NCBI GenBank assembly: GCA_025457915.1
Contig: JALOTL010000017.1
Location: 4,718-68,717 of the forward strand
DNA: 64,000 nucleotides
Source: Spirochaetota bacterium
Lineage (GTDB): Bacteria; Spirochaetota; UBA4802; UBA5550
Reading direction: 5' to 3'
Within the stretch, counting starts at the first letter, position 1; each line of letters opens with the position of its first letter. The translations under genes were made by a program, and so were the position numbers. Below, in pieces: positions 25,332 through 37,994 of this stretch. The notes beneath the pieces were generated by a model, which saw only the letters and a program-made list of their open reading frames with translations, made no database searches and was not told the DNA's origin.

Positions 25332-26405
25332 ATGCCATATAAAAAAGCCATGATATACTACTGGAGCGGGACGGGCAATACTTTAAGAATTTCCAAATGG
25401 GCTTTTAATTTTCTTAAAAATAAATTATCCATCGTATCAATTTCATCTGTAATTAATTCAAATCCCGATACACAGACCATGGGAGAGAATACTCTTTTAT
25501 TGATAGCGATGCCGACCCATGGATTTACCGCGCCGTGGCAGGTAATTAAATTCTGCCTCCGTCTCCCGATGGGAAAAAAAACCGCTGCCGTGACGATCGC
25601 CAACGGCGCCGGCACCTACCCCGGATTTTATCTGCCCGGATTTTCCGCATCGGCGAATTCCGTCATTTCATTCATACTGCTCTTGAAGGGCTACAGGGTC
25701 AGGGGATTTATCGATATTGACATGCCCGGAAGCTGGCCGGCTTTCTGCCCGGGATTAAACAGGGAACATGCCGACCACTTTTTAAAAAATGCAAAAAGAA
25801 AAACGGAGGCGTTTATAAAAATCATCCTTTCCGGTGAAAAACATATAATCAACTTCCGGAATGTTTTAGAATTCATCTTCGGCATGCTGTTAATACCGGT
25901 TTCATTCGGTTATATAATTTTCGGCAGGTTTTTTTTCGCCAAACTGCAATTCGCGAATCTAAAGTGCAATTCATGCGGGACCTGCGCGGGGAACTGTTCC
26001 CAAAAAGCAATTCTAATGAAAGGAAAAGAGGGATTTAAAAAACCGTACTGGACATTCAAATGTGAAAGCTGCGGCAAGTGCATCAGCTATTGTCCGCAAC
26101 AGGCCGTGGAAACGGGACATTCAATGGCAATATTGATCTGGTACATTTTATCGCTCAGGGTTTCTTTTTATTTGATCGATTATTTTTTCCAGTCATCCGC
26201 AATCATTTCATTCTTGAAAAATAAATATATATTTAAACTCCTCAACTACATGTTTTATTTACTCACTATTTTCGTATGCTACTATGTGCTATATTATATG
26301 GTAAAGATACCGCTTTTAAATAAATTCTTTTCCATTACTTCAGGCACGCACTGGTGGAAAAAATATCATGAACCTTCCATAAAAATACAGGATTTTAAAT
26401 CTTAA
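25332..26405 (+). CDS. Flavodoxin-like / 4Fe-4S ferredoxin-domain protein with C-terminal membrane helices (low-GC, probably acquired)
   Basis: It has an N-terminal flavodoxin-like YYWSGTGNT, two Cys clusters CNSCGTCAGNC and CESCGKCISYCP, and a hydrophobic C-terminus. GC is about 35% against a host value near 58%. Confidence 0.6.
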   Translation: MPYKKAMIYYWSGTGNTLRISKWAFNFLKNKLSIVSISSVINSNPDTQTMGENTLLLIAMPTHGFTAPWQVIKFCLRLPMGKKTAAVTIANGAGTYPGFYLPGFSASANSVISFILLLKGYRVRGFIDIDMPGSWPAFCPGLNREHADHFLKNAKRKTEAFIKIILSGEKHIINFRNVLEFIFGMLLIPVSFGYIIFGRFFFAKLQFANLKCNSCGTCAGNCSQKAILMKGKEGFKKPYWTFKCESCGKCISYCPQQAVETGHSMAILIWYILSLRVSFYLIDYFFQSSAIISFLKNKYIFKLLNYMFYLLTIFVCYYVLYYMVKIPLLNKFFSITSGTHWWKKYHEPSIKIQDFKS

Positions 26406-26662
26406 AAATCTAATGAATCACCAATCCTGTTTTCAAAGATAAAACCTGTTCCTTCATGCTTCACGGAAATGTCTTTCTTTGTTCTGCTGATTTATAATTT
26501 TCAGCGGTCAGATCAATATTCCTTGGATTTTCCCGGATCAATTCTCATGGGGCTTTACAAAAGCAGGTTTTTTTACTTGATGATAATTTATTTTTTGAAT
26601 TGCATATTGCATGCATTCGGGTATTATTTGTAAGTATGTAAAAAAAAGCATCGAGGTGGACT

Positions 26663-27232
26663 ATGCATTTACCGGCATGGGTTCCTTTTTTTGGGCCGTT
26701 TTTTAATCGGCGGCGGGCGTGGCGCGAGCTCCCGGACCTGGCCAGGCGGTGGGGCATGCGGTTCATCGAAAGCGACATGAGGTATTCGTTCGGCTCCATC
26801 GACGGGACCCTGCAGGGGTACCCCGTGGTGATCCAGCCTGACATTCCCATGGTCTGGGTGAAGTTCAACCGAGGGATCGAGGATTTCCAGCTCATGATGC
26901 TCGACACCGGCCAGAAGCGCCGCAAGTATGACCTGGGGCATGCAAGGTTCGAGCAGGCGTTCAAAACGATGGAGCTCAGCCAGCGGCTGGCGGACACCCT
27001 GCGCGGCCGGGCGGACGTCTTCGACCGTGTGCTGGCGCTGCTGCGCCACCGGGTCGTTGCGATCAATCTGTCAAACCAGGGCCTTATCTGCAGCATGCAC
27101 AATCCGTTCCGAAGGCCCTGGGGCAGAAATATCGAAAGCGCAAACTATATCACAGTTAGCGACCTGGAGCGGCTTCTGCCGGAGATGATCGAGGTGGTAA
27201 GGCTTCTCGAATCGGTATTATCTCCCGGTTAG
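26663..27232 (+). CDS. Hypothetical protein (high-GC ORF inside the low-GC island)
   Basis: It is a 189 aa ORF with host-like codon usage. No motif was recognised. Confidence 0.35.
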   Translation: MHLPAWVPFFGPFFNRRRAWRELPDLARRWGMRFIESDMRYSFGSIDGTLQGYPVVIQPDIPMVWVKFNRGIEDFQLMMLDTGQKRRKYDLGHARFEQAFKTMELSQRLADTLRGRADVFDRVLALLRHRVVAINLSNQGLICSMHNPFRRPWGRNIESANYITVSDLERLLPEMIEVVRLLESVLSPG

Positions 27233-27403
27233 CTTCCTGTGGCGAACAAATTCCCCCTCCACTGAAGGCCGATTGATCCGGCTGCCCGGCGCACATGATC
27301 TTTCTGAAGCTCACCGCAGCAAGCGCAGCGCATGACGTCGTGTTATTTGCAGTTGCCCCTGCCCTTCTTTTTTATCTTCAAAAAAAATATATTTAAATTA
27401 AAA

Positions 27404-27850
27404 TTATTCGCCGATACTTATAAGCTGTTTGCATATTTTATCTCCATTTAAAATTGATTTTTCCAAATCAACCTCTATAGTTCTATTAAACAGCGTTTCA
27501 AATATTTTCCTGGTATACCCCATGGTGCAGTTGCATAAATACGGATTACTGACTCCTTCTTTAACCATAGGGCAGGTGCACTCTTCAAAAACAAGCGTGA
27601 TTTTATTACCCTCTTTCATGAGCCCCGGCGTATCATAATATTGCGTTTTAAAAGCCGCGAATAATTTATCCAGGTCCTTATCATTCATATGTTCATTTCT
27701 GATTTTTACAGCTCCTTCAAGAATTGCGGATGTCTTTGAGCATTCCCCGCCGCACACATGCAATAATTCGATTCCTTTATTGCCATCCAGTTTTGATATC
27801 TCATGCAAAATTGAATTTATCCATTGAATGATCCTGTCCTTGTTGTTCAT
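27404..27850 (-). CDS. Small cysteine-rich protein (possibly ATC-hydrolase-like family)
   Basis: It is 148 aa with HVCGGECSKT, ECTCPMVK and YLCNCTMGY. It is low-GC. The family assignment is from memory and uncertain. Confidence 0.4.
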   Translation of the reverse strand: MNNKDRIIQWINSILHEISKLDGNKGIELLHVCGGECSKTSAILEGAVKIRNEHMNDKDLDKLFAAFKTQYYDTPGLMKEGNKITLVFEECTCPMVKEGVSNPYLCNCTMGYTRKIFETLFNRTIEVDLEKSILNGDKICKQLISIGE

Positions 27851-28184
27851 CAGATATATCCTTATTGTAAATATTCCATAACTGGTTATTATATATTATA
27901 CTTAAAGATTACTATCATTATAACGACCACGAATGTTGATTGTCTTTGCTATATGTCCGTGTACGCAAGGGGCGTGCCATTTTCATACAGCGTTCCCGGC
28001 GCATGCTGCGCGGCCGAAGACAATGTAATGACCCGTGCCGGGCTTGTTGAAGCAGACCGCAGGGAGTGACTTGTTGTTCGACGCTGGTTCGCAATACTTA
28101 CAAAAAGTTGTCGAAGCCATTGCTCGCCCGGCATCAGCTTATTCTTGTTCGTTAGACGGCGCAGTCAATTAAAGTATAAAACCA

Positions 28185-28832
28185 TCATTTAATCAATACT
28201 TTGTCCCACCCGGTTTTTTTCCAATATTTCTTATTTAAAATATTTATTAAATAACCCGGAGTGGATCTGTTTCCCAAACCCGAATTAAACGCCTGGTCAA
28301 TGTCGTCAATTACTTCAATTGGTCCAAGAATATTTTCATTATGTATGATATGATCCGATTTACCATCCCACTTGATACCCCATGCGACATTTAACGGACG
28401 ATAGAGCGCATCAAATGATTTACTGTCCAGACTCGGGTCAGCATATGTCCATTGCCCGTCGATAAGCATTTGAACAAAATAATGATAATACGGATTATTA
28501 ATAAAAAATACGTCATTGCCCAGCAATGGCTTTAAAAAATTCTTGTTTAACGGACGTTTAACAATTCTGCCGGGAATGGAATATTTTCTGCTTATTGCCG
28601 CCAGGAGAAGGGCTTTATTCCAGCATGCGCCATACTTCTTTCGCATTGTTTCAGACGCTTTAACTTTAATCGCATCGGCACAGAGAGGCAGGCTGTCACG
28701 GACAAAATTAAAAATTTCGACAGCAGTGGAACTTATTGATTTGGAAAGGTTGATGGGTAAATTTTCAAAAACCGGGTTATTAAAATCGCAATAATATGTT
28801 TCATTCAGGAACATTTTATTATTTTCCGACAT
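28185..28832 (-). CDS. Transglutaminase-like superfamily protein (putative cysteine peptidase fold)
   Basis: GACWNKALLLAAISRKYSIPGR matches the G-x-C...GIPAR transglutaminase-core Cys motif, and a downstream His/Asp region (YHYFVQMLIDGQWTYADPS) follows. It is low-GC. Confidence 0.55.
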   Translation of the reverse strand: MSENNKMFLNETYYCDFNNPVFENLPINLSKSISSTAVEIFNFVRDSLPLCADAIKVKASETMRKKYGACWNKALLLAAISRKYSIPGRIVKRPLNKNFLKPLLGNDVFFINNPYYHYFVQMLIDGQWTYADPSLDSKSFDALYRPLNVAWGIKWDGKSDHIIHNENILGPIEVIDDIDQAFNSGLGNRSTPGYLINILNKKYWKKTGWDKVLIK

Positions 28833-28986
28833 ATATCCCTCTGTTTATTATTATCTATGCGCCGCCACGCATGGCGGCTTAAACCACAAAAAATAACGGG
28901 CCAATTTCGAATAGCATATACATTATCACCCACCCTGATCACCGCATCCATGATTTGCTGTTTACCGCACCAGATAAATATCATAT

Positions 28987-29499
28987 TTATATTGAATACG
29001 ATTTTTCAAATGAAACAATATTTATCTTTTCATCTTCACAATATTTTTCGCCGGTTTTCTTAAAACCCAATCTCCGATAAAACCTGATGCTTCCCTCTGA
29101 AAAAGACGGCGTTCCGGTCGTCAATTTATACATCTCAGGAAACCACATTTCAATCTGTTTTATCGCAAACGTACCGGCGCCTTTATTTTTATAATCATTA
29201 TCGATAAATATCTGCACGAGCTCCCAGTGGTATAAATTTTTGCCGTTTTTATTAATTTTACCGCGTAATGCTATTATTACGGCCCCGATGATCCTGGATT
29301 TATACATGATTTTATGGTATACGCCTTCTTTCATTGAATGAACATGCCAGTCCGGGTCGTCATAATTTTTCGGCCCTCCGGGTTTGCCGTCTTTATGCAG
29401 AATCATTTCCTGGTCAAAAGATTTCCTGCAAATATCGGCCATTTCAACGGCATCGATAAAATCTGCTCTTTCTAATTTCAGGTCGTTTGTGTTTATCAT
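28987..29499 (-). CDS. GNAT-family N-acetyltransferase
   Basis: It is 170 aa with an acetyl-CoA-binding-like RIIGAVII...NKNKGAGTFAIKQ. It is low-GC. Confidence 0.6.
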   Translation of the reverse strand: MINTNDLKLERADFIDAVEMADICRKSFDQEMILHKDGKPGGPKNYDDPDWHVHSMKEGVYHKIMYKSRIIGAVIIALRGKINKNGKNLYHWELVQIFIDNDYKNKGAGTFAIKQIEMWFPEMYKLTTGTPSFSEGSIRFYRRLGFKKTGEKYCEDEKINIVSFEKSYSI

Positions 29500-29629
29500 G
29501 ATTTAACAATCATTTCATGGAATAATTCATACATGCCAATGAATATTCTGTTAGAAGCCGGGACAACGGATAAATATAATATGATGGATAAATGCACCTT
29601 GGTATTCCAATAAACACTTTAATCCGGTT

Positions 29630-30469
29630 TTAACGAAGAATTACCCATGGATGTTTGCAAAAGCGACAACGAACTTCATAAACATTGACGCGCTGACTGG
29701 TGTGAACAGGAGAACCTCCCGTACCAAGCGACCCGATCGGCATGCTTGGTCCGCTATAACTATCAACGCATTCAAGTTTCACCCGGGCAAAAAACCGTCT
29801 GCATTTCGGGCAGCGCCTGGGCATAACAACAGCCAAAATGATACTGACAATGACAAGAGCGGTCCACCCCGCTATTACATACCGAAAATAATCAGTATTA
29901 AACGCAAAATAAGTACCCATCATTCCCCCAAAGATCATTAATGCGATCAATGGATAAAATTTCATTTCACGTTTTTGTTTTTCCGCGATTTTAGAGATTT
30001 CGTCTGATACGTTGAGCTTAGGCGGAGGATTGTCCGGGTCTATGGTTCTATCGAAAAGGTCCTTATGATATATCAGCATCTTTATTAATTCCGGATTGAA
30101 CGCCTGAAGCAGATCAACTGCCGCCCATCGAAGTCTGAGCGGCTCATCTTCTTCATCGCAAACACCGATAAGCCTTTTTAATTCCTCAGGGACTTTATCC
30201 CCGATGACTGGTAAAGCATTAACAGCAAGCAATCTAACTTCAAGGTTGCGTTCTTTGGAACATGCAACATCAAGCAGCGCGCCTGCGGCCCGTTGATTGC
30301 GCCAAGGATCATTTGTCGTTTTAAGCCATTCATAGAGTTCTTCAACATGCTTCGGAAACTCTGTCGGATCATCGGTAGCCAGTCCCGCCTTTATGGAATC
30401 GATATCATTCATAAAGCACCTCGCATAATAACAAGTTATTTCCCCATGGGCGAACAGGACGGCCGTCAT
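29630..30469 (-). CDS. HEAT/PBS-lyase-like repeat protein with a TM region and the same C-terminal zinc ribbon (paralog family member 4)
   Basis: It has N-terminal HEAT-like repeats (AAGALLDVACS...RLLAVNALPVIGD), two TM helices, then RRCPKCRRFF...VYEVRCRFCKHPWVILR. Confidence 0.5.
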   Translation of the reverse strand: MTAVLFAHGEITCYYARCFMNDIDSIKAGLATDDPTEFPKHVEELYEWLKTTNDPWRNQRAAGALLDVACSKERNLEVRLLAVNALPVIGDKVPEELKRLIGVCDEEDEPLRLRWAAVDLLQAFNPELIKMLIYHKDLFDRTIDPDNPPPKLNVSDEISKIAEKQKREMKFYPLIALMIFGGMMGTYFAFNTDYFRYVIAGWTALVIVSIILAVVMPRRCPKCRRFFARVKLECVDSYSGPSMPIGSLGTGGSPVHTSQRVNVYEVRCRFCKHPWVILR

Positions 30470-30768
30470 CTACACACACTGGAAACGTCGTTTCATATAA
30501 CGCTGAAGGCATGCCCGCCGTTGCCGGATGTTCGATATATATAATAGAGCCGGGGGTTTATAAAATCAAGCTGCTTTTACGCGAGGGGAAAGGGCAATTT
30601 AATGGAAATTTTTCCGGACTTGCCTGGAATTTGTATTTACATGACCCGCAACCTGTGTATATAAGAAGCGTCCAGTCTCTTTGACCGGACCCCCCGGGGC
30701 GCAGTTTCCTGATTATTAAAGACAGCGGCTGCTCCCTTCAACAAACTCAGCGATATTCAAGGCGGGCC

Positions 30769-31527
30769 ATGGATAAAGACATCGAAAAGCTTATATCGAA
30801 AGCCGAAGGGAAGAAATGGTGGAATAAATTCTTCCCGCGGTCCAAACAGCATAAAAAGGCGGCAAGGCCCGAAAGACCGGCACCGACGAACGCCGAACGC
30901 TACGAGGTTTTCATGACGACCACCTATAACTCGACATTCCGGTTTCTTTCAAAGTTCTTCTATGTCGCTTCGCTTGCATTGATCCTGATAGTCCTTCTGT
31001 CGAAAGAAACCCATGACGGCTCGGAGGCATATATCTTTCTCCTTTTTTTCATGCCGCTCCCCGCGTACCTGCTGGTCAACCTGCTCCGGTACATACATTT
31101 CCTCGGTTGGAGGAAAAGGCTCCCCTTCAGGCTTGAGGGATGGGAGGACCTGGCGAACACCAATGATCTCGACAGGATTTCCTGGCGCAACAACTGTACC
31201 ATTTCCATAATAATCCGGGACCCCGACCCCCTGCAGACCGATGCGATCAACGCCGCCCTTGCCATCTTTACCAGGGAGGCCGAAAAACAGATTTATACGG
31301 CCGACATGAAAGACAAAAACAGAATCAGGATTAAACCGTTTTCTTACGGATCCCTGAAGGCCGCGGGAAGCGCCAACGTAGACATAATAAGGCTGATACG
31401 GAAACTCTGCGAGGGCGATCTCTCAATGCTCGCGAGAAAATTCGAAAACTTCGAGGCGGTGAAACTCGGCATAAGCCGTGAAACATACAGCGTTCTGGAG
31501 CATGATACAGATTTTGTCGCCGACTGA
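30769..31527 (+). CDS. Hypothetical membrane protein
   Basis: It is 252 aa with two hydrophobic helices (about residues 60-110). No motif was recognised. Confidence 0.4.
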   Translation: MDKDIEKLISKAEGKKWWNKFFPRSKQHKKAARPERPAPTNAERYEVFMTTTYNSTFRFLSKFFYVASLALILIVLLSKETHDGSEAYIFLLFFMPLPAYLLVNLLRYIHFLGWRKRLPFRLEGWEDLANTNDLDRISWRNNCTISIIIRDPDPLQTDAINAALAIFTREAEKQIYTADMKDKNRIRIKPFSYGSLKAAGSANVDIIRLIRKLCEGDLSMLARKFENFEAVKLGISRETYSVLEHDTDFVAD

Positions 31528-31949
31528 CGCAATCGGCCGCGGATTACACTTCGCGCATTCGGCCCGGGCCGTCCGCGGCACAGAAGGCATCAGTGAAATT
31601 TCAACTTCATGAATGGCGCGGATATATTATTTTTCCAGTTGAATCCCCAGAAAAAAATTCCTAACATACAAAGATGGGCCGTATCGTTCCTGAAACATCC
31701 AATCCGTACATCCGGTAGATTATCGCGGACAAATATTAGACTGCTCGTATAATTGCAAATGACAAAATAGAGATATGGACGCTATTTGAAGGCCGCGTCT
31801 GTTGTGTACCGGTTTCGTCCGGGGCAATTGCATATAAAGTCCCCGGCGTATCCGACGACGACGCAGGCGGTGAGGCGACATTTGCTGAGCCTGTCGAAGC
31901 AAGCCCGGGGAGCGAAGCGGCTATGCTGTGCCATGTGCCGCTGCAGGTT

Positions 31950-32543
31950 CTAATCTAAAATTTCAATACAGCCATAATCTGTTTCCTGAAGGAATTCATT
32001 TATTTCTTCAATATTAAATTCTTCAGGATCAAAATCATTCCCAAGCCAATCAATCATATCTTGATATTGATCATTTTTAGGATTATTTATTATTGTCAAA
32101 AGTTCAGTATAACCATAAGGTCCACCGCAATCTTCAGGGGGACAATTTCGTTTTCCGTCAATACAAATTGGATATTGATTCCCTTTTTCGCTCGGTAATA
32201 TCTTTTCAAGAACAATTGTATGTTCCCAGCCGTCACCAAAATCATATTGATACATGAACCTGGCTTTTGGCACATTGCATAATGAATTTAACTTAATTTT
32301 TCTATAATCAATTATTTCTATAGATGAATCATCATCCGGTAAAGAATATGATTTTTTATTAATTACAAATTGATGCAAATGAGAATTTGTCCAACCCATA
32401 ATGGTTTGTATTACTTTATGTAAATCTGTTAACTTAATATCTGAATCAACCAGGAATCTCCTCCATATTATTGGCTTAATATGATCAAGAGTGATTTTGA
32501 GTTGAAATACATCCTCAGATTTAATTTTTTTTATAGATGCCAT
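31950..32543 (-). CDS. Plasmid pRiA4b ORF-3-like family protein (mobile-element-associated passenger gene)
   Basis: It is 197 aa with the characteristic YDFGDGWEH and CGGPYGY motifs. It is low-GC. Elsewhere this family is linked to IS/plasmid contexts (from memory). Confidence 0.55.
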   Translation of the reverse strand: MASIKKIKSEDVFQLKITLDHIKPIIWRRFLVDSDIKLTDLHKVIQTIMGWTNSHLHQFVINKKSYSLPDDDSSIEIIDYRKIKLNSLCNVPKARFMYQYDFGDGWEHTIVLEKILPSEKGNQYPICIDGKRNCPPEDCGGPYGYTELLTIINNPKNDQYQDMIDWLGNDFDPEEFNIEEINEFLQETDYGCIEILD

Positions 32544-32710
32544 AATTTTCCTTCACAAATTTAGTTAAAATGCAAGGGCAAATAACATTCCCCGGGCAGG
32601 CAACGTTATTCGCCCTTGTATCGTCTGCTGGTAACTTGTTGTGAAAGTACTGCGTCAGCAAGCCGTCCCATTCATTGAATTACGATCCAGAAACTCTCGA
32701 TATCCCCTTT

Positions 32711-34996
<2,286 letters not shown>

Positions 34997-35086
34997 TCAA
35001 AAATTAAGCCTTTTTAATATTCTTTTTGCATTTTTCACACACGCCATGTTAGACGAAGAAATTGGGCGATCTTTATAGAAATATTT

Positions 35087-35803
35087 TTATAGCTTATAAA
35101 ACATCCAATCCGGCATATATTTTAAAAATATTGCAATTATGGCCCACCTTTTAGTGATGTATGCTTTATCTCTTTTCTTTTTTATTACGGAAAATATTTG
35201 CCGTGCAGCAATTGTTGGAGGCATAACCCAGAATAATCCTTCTCCTTTTGCCATATCAGTATCAACAAAACCTGGTTTTATATCCGTAATGTATATTTGC
35301 AGTTTTGCTTTTTTTATTTTGCTTCTAATTCCTTCCATATAATTTGAAATAAAAGCTTTTGATGCATCATATGCTGGCGCAACTGGATCTCCTCTTAACG
35401 CTCCTATTGATGATATACCGACAATATGGCCTTTGCCTTTTTTTAAAAAATATTTAACAGCAATATTTAATGTCTTAGTAAATCCAAGAACATTTACATC
35501 TATTGTTTCTTTTTCTTTCTGCCAATCTAATTCTTCATTAAGATGTCCTATTCCGGAAGAAATAATTAATAAATCGATTCCTTCTAATTCAATAATTAAT
35601 TCATTTATGTTTTTTTCAATTTCATCGAGTTTTGAAATATCAATATATTTTACGAATGAAAGATTTGGTAATTCCTGCTGTAATTTTTTTAATAAATTAA
35701 CTCTACGTGCCGCAAGGCCAACAATATAATTTTCTTTGGATAATATTTTTGCGAGTTCCATTCCAATTCCGGAACTTGCTCCTATGATTATTGCTTTTTT
35801 CAT
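35087..35803 (-). CDS. Short-chain dehydrogenase/reductase (SDR) family oxidoreductase
   Basis: The start MKKAIIIGASSGIGMEL is the TGxxxGxG motif, and the YxxxK active site is YDASK. It is low-GC. The start at 35803 follows an RBS AAGGA. Confidence 0.8.
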   Translation of the reverse strand: MKKAIIIGASSGIGMELAKILSKENYIVGLAARRVNLLKKLQQELPNLSFVKYIDISKLDEIEKNINELIIELEGIDLLIISSGIGHLNEELDWQKEKETIDVNVLGFTKTLNIAVKYFLKKGKGHIVGISSIGALRGDPVAPAYDASKAFISNYMEGIRSKIKKAKLQIYITDIKPGFVDTDMAKGEGLFWVMPPTIAARQIFSVIKKKRDKAYITKRWAIIAIFLKYMPDWMFYKL

Positions 35804-36356
35804 TAAATTATTTTTCCTTAACAAAAAGTTCGCCAAATTTTTTCGTCTAACTACTTCATGTCCGCATTGCGTCATTGCATCTGATTGAGGCTGATGGACG
35901 AATTGCGGATATAAATTGATATTGAGCGATAAAGCGTATTGCGTATAAGAGATTATTGATTCCACGGAAAGTCAATCTTAAAACACACCATTATAGAATT
36001 CATCTAAGGGGCTTTTTATATTAATGAGTTCTTTATTGCCTGCGTGAGTGTAAATTTCAGTCGTCCCGCAGTTCGCGTGGCCCGGCGGTCCGATATCATC
36101 ATTGAACGGACTAAAATAAGCCCTCAATGGTTTATCGGCATCCCCAGTAGATATCAACGATCCGCGGGCTGAAAATGAAAAAAAATTTTTAGCGGAATGG
36201 AAGCCGGAACCCGGTCTCTTCCTCCTTTCTTCCTCCTATGTTGCTCCTATGTACCTCCTTTGTCGGTCTTTGTCATAAAACCTTATTTTTTTTTAAAATA
36301 CGCAGCGGACCCGATCATCGCCTTCAGATTCATGCATTTCCGCAAAAGGACACGTT

Positions 36357-36472
36357 GAATTCCGCTTCCGGAATTATAATTGCCAAATTTATAACGGCAT
36401 GAAAACCTGCTCCATCATCGACTCCCGGGTGGGCGGATTGCCGCCTGCATTAAATTCGTAATTTTCCAGTTC
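36357..36472 (+). repeat. Direct repeat copy 1 (about 116 bp), containing a frameshifted relic of the AEC transporter N-terminus
   Basis: It is about 85% identical to 36976-37092. GTGGGCGGATTGCCGCCTGCATTAAATTCG matches the start of the 37047 gene with a 1-nt deletion. Confidence 0.7.
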
Positions 36473-36569
36473 GCCGCAGGGGCCTGGAGAGGAAAAAGTT
36501 CGCGGACGCGGCGAAGCTCGAAATGAAAAGGCTCAAGGCCGAAATCAAATCTAAAAAAAACAGCATGCC

Positions 36570-36977
36570 ATGAATGACGTGAAAAGGCTTGCGCTTGCGG
36601 CCATTCTATCCGGCGCGACCGCGCTGGTCCTTAATATCTGCGTGATACTCGTTTCATCCGGAATATTCGACGCCTCGCTGATGATAAGGATGTCCCCAAC
36701 CGAAACCGTGCCCATGCCCCTCATGAACATGATTCCGGAGAGCTTCGCGGCCTCGGCGGTCGCCGCTGTCCTTCTTTTCGCCATATCCAGGCTGACAGCC
36801 AGGCCTTTCGTTTTCTTCATACCGGTCGTCGCGGCAATCACGGTTGTTTCCCTTTACGGGCCGATAAACGACGGCTCTGACCCCGCGACTAAAATCGCCC
36901 TGTCCCTCACCCATATCAACATCGCTGACTCGATCATCGCCTTCAACCTGATTCTTTTCCGTAAAAAGTCTTCGTGA
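36570..36977 (+). CDS. Small hydrophobic membrane protein, uncharacterised
   Basis: It is 135 aa with about four TM helices and lies between the two copies of the 116 bp direct repeat. Confidence 0.4.
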   Translation: MNDVKRLALAAILSGATALVLNICVILVSSGIFDASLMIRMSPTETVPMPLMNMIPESFAASAVAAVLLFAISRLTARPFVFFIPVVAAITVVSLYGPINDGSDPATKIALSLTHINIADSIIAFNLILFRKKSS

Positions 36978-37092
36978 TTTCCGTTTCCGGAATTATTATT
37001 GCTAAATTTCGAACGGCCTGAAAACCTGCTTCATCATTAACGCGGGGTGGGCGGATTGCCGCTGGCATTAAAATTCATCATTTTCCAGTTCC
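36976..37092 (+). repeat. Direct repeat copy 2 (native 5' region and start of the AEC transporter gene)
   Basis: It is homologous to 36357-36472 and includes the GTG start at 37047 and the first 15 codons. Confidence 0.7.
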
Positions 37093-37994
37093 TCGTAGTG
37101 GCTCCGTTCGCCGCCGGGGGCCTGGCGCGAAAAAGATTCGCTGACGCGGAGGGCGCCTCGCGGAAGCTCGTCATGGGGAACCTGGTGTTCCTGGAGCCGG
37201 TCATAGTCCTCTGGACCATATGGGGACTGCGCCTTGACCCGGGCCACCTGCTCCTCCCGGCCGCGGGGATCTGCATCCTGCTGGCCAGCATCGCGCTCGG
37301 GGCCCTCTTCTCCCGCCTGCTCGGGCTCAGGGACAGGCGGGGTCCGGCATACATCGTGAGCTCGTCCCTGTCCAACTGCGGTTTCACAATGGGGGGGTTC
37401 ATGGCATACCTCTTCCTCGGGGAAACCGGCCTCGGGCTGTCGTTCATATACACGCTTTTCTACATGCCGTTCGTCTTCATCGTCGTGTTCCCGTACGCGA
37501 GGATGGCGTCCACCGGGAAATACAGGCTTTCATCGCTGAGGGAGATTTTAGGGCTCCAGAACATGCCCCTGTACGCGATGGCGGCGGCAGCCGCGCTCCA
37601 GGCCGCGGGCGTGCCCAGGCCGGAGATCGCCTTCCCCGTCGACCCCGTGATCATGGCATCGATAGTGGTTTATTATTTTTCACTCGGATTGAACTTCAGG
37701 ATGGGCGACGTGAAGAAAAACGCGGCCTGCCATGCCGCCCTCGGTCTGACGAAATTCGTCGTAGTCCCGGCCGCGGTGTTTGCCGCGCTGACGCCCCTCG
37801 GGCTGGACCCCGCGGCCAGGGCGGTCATTGTGATCGAGTCTTTCATGCCCGTGGCTATATATTCCGTCGTGACCTCCGTGGTCTTCGACCTGGACTCGAA
37901 TTTTTCATCCAGCCTCTTCGTGGTCAACACCGCGCTCTTCCTGTGCGCCGTGCTCCCGGCGCTTTACCTGCTGAGGTCCTTTCTGTTAATCTGA
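37047..37994 (+). CDS. AEC-family (auxin efflux carrier / malate permease-like) membrane transporter
   Basis: It is 315 aa, about 10 TM, with the typical N-terminal LALKFIIFQFLVV and a GTG start. Confidence 0.7.
   Translation: MGGLPLALKFIIFQFLVVAPFAAGGLARKRFADAEGASRKLVMGNLVFLEPVIVLWTIWGLRLDPGHLLLPAAGICILLASIALGALFSRLLGLRDRRGPAYIVSSSLSNCGFTMGGFMAYLFLGETGLGLSFIYTLFYMPFVFIVVFPYARMASTGKYRLSSLREILGLQNMPLYAMAAAAALQAAGVPRPEIAFPVDPVIMASIVVYYFSLGLNFRMGDVKKNAACHAALGLTKFVVVPAAVFAALTPLGLDPAARAVIVIESFMPVAIYSVVTSVVFDLDSNFSSSLFVVNTALFLCAVLPALYLLRSFLLI

Noticed and set aside
27960-28180. A GC-rich 220-bp noncoding block inside the AT-rich island, with a small ORF at 27949..28134 (-)
   Set aside because: The 61-aa ORF has no motif and the block is probably a relic of a degraded host-like gene. 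It is not enough evidence for a pseudogene call without a homology search.
30690-30720. TTTCCTGATTATTAAAGA (and AAAATCCTGATTTATTATCACTCTATAAGAG at 38855-38885), resembling the right arm of the MITE-like repeat
   Set aside because: The similarity is limited to CCTGATT plus AT-rich sequence, which is too short and degenerate to call a repeat fragment without a genome-wide alignment.
36217-36270. A pyrimidine-rich CTCCT/CCTCC repeat tract, which reads as AGGAGG x4 on the minus strand
   Set aside because: No ORF follows on either strand and there is no obvious function. It may be a remnant of a decayed gene start region inside the mosaic island.
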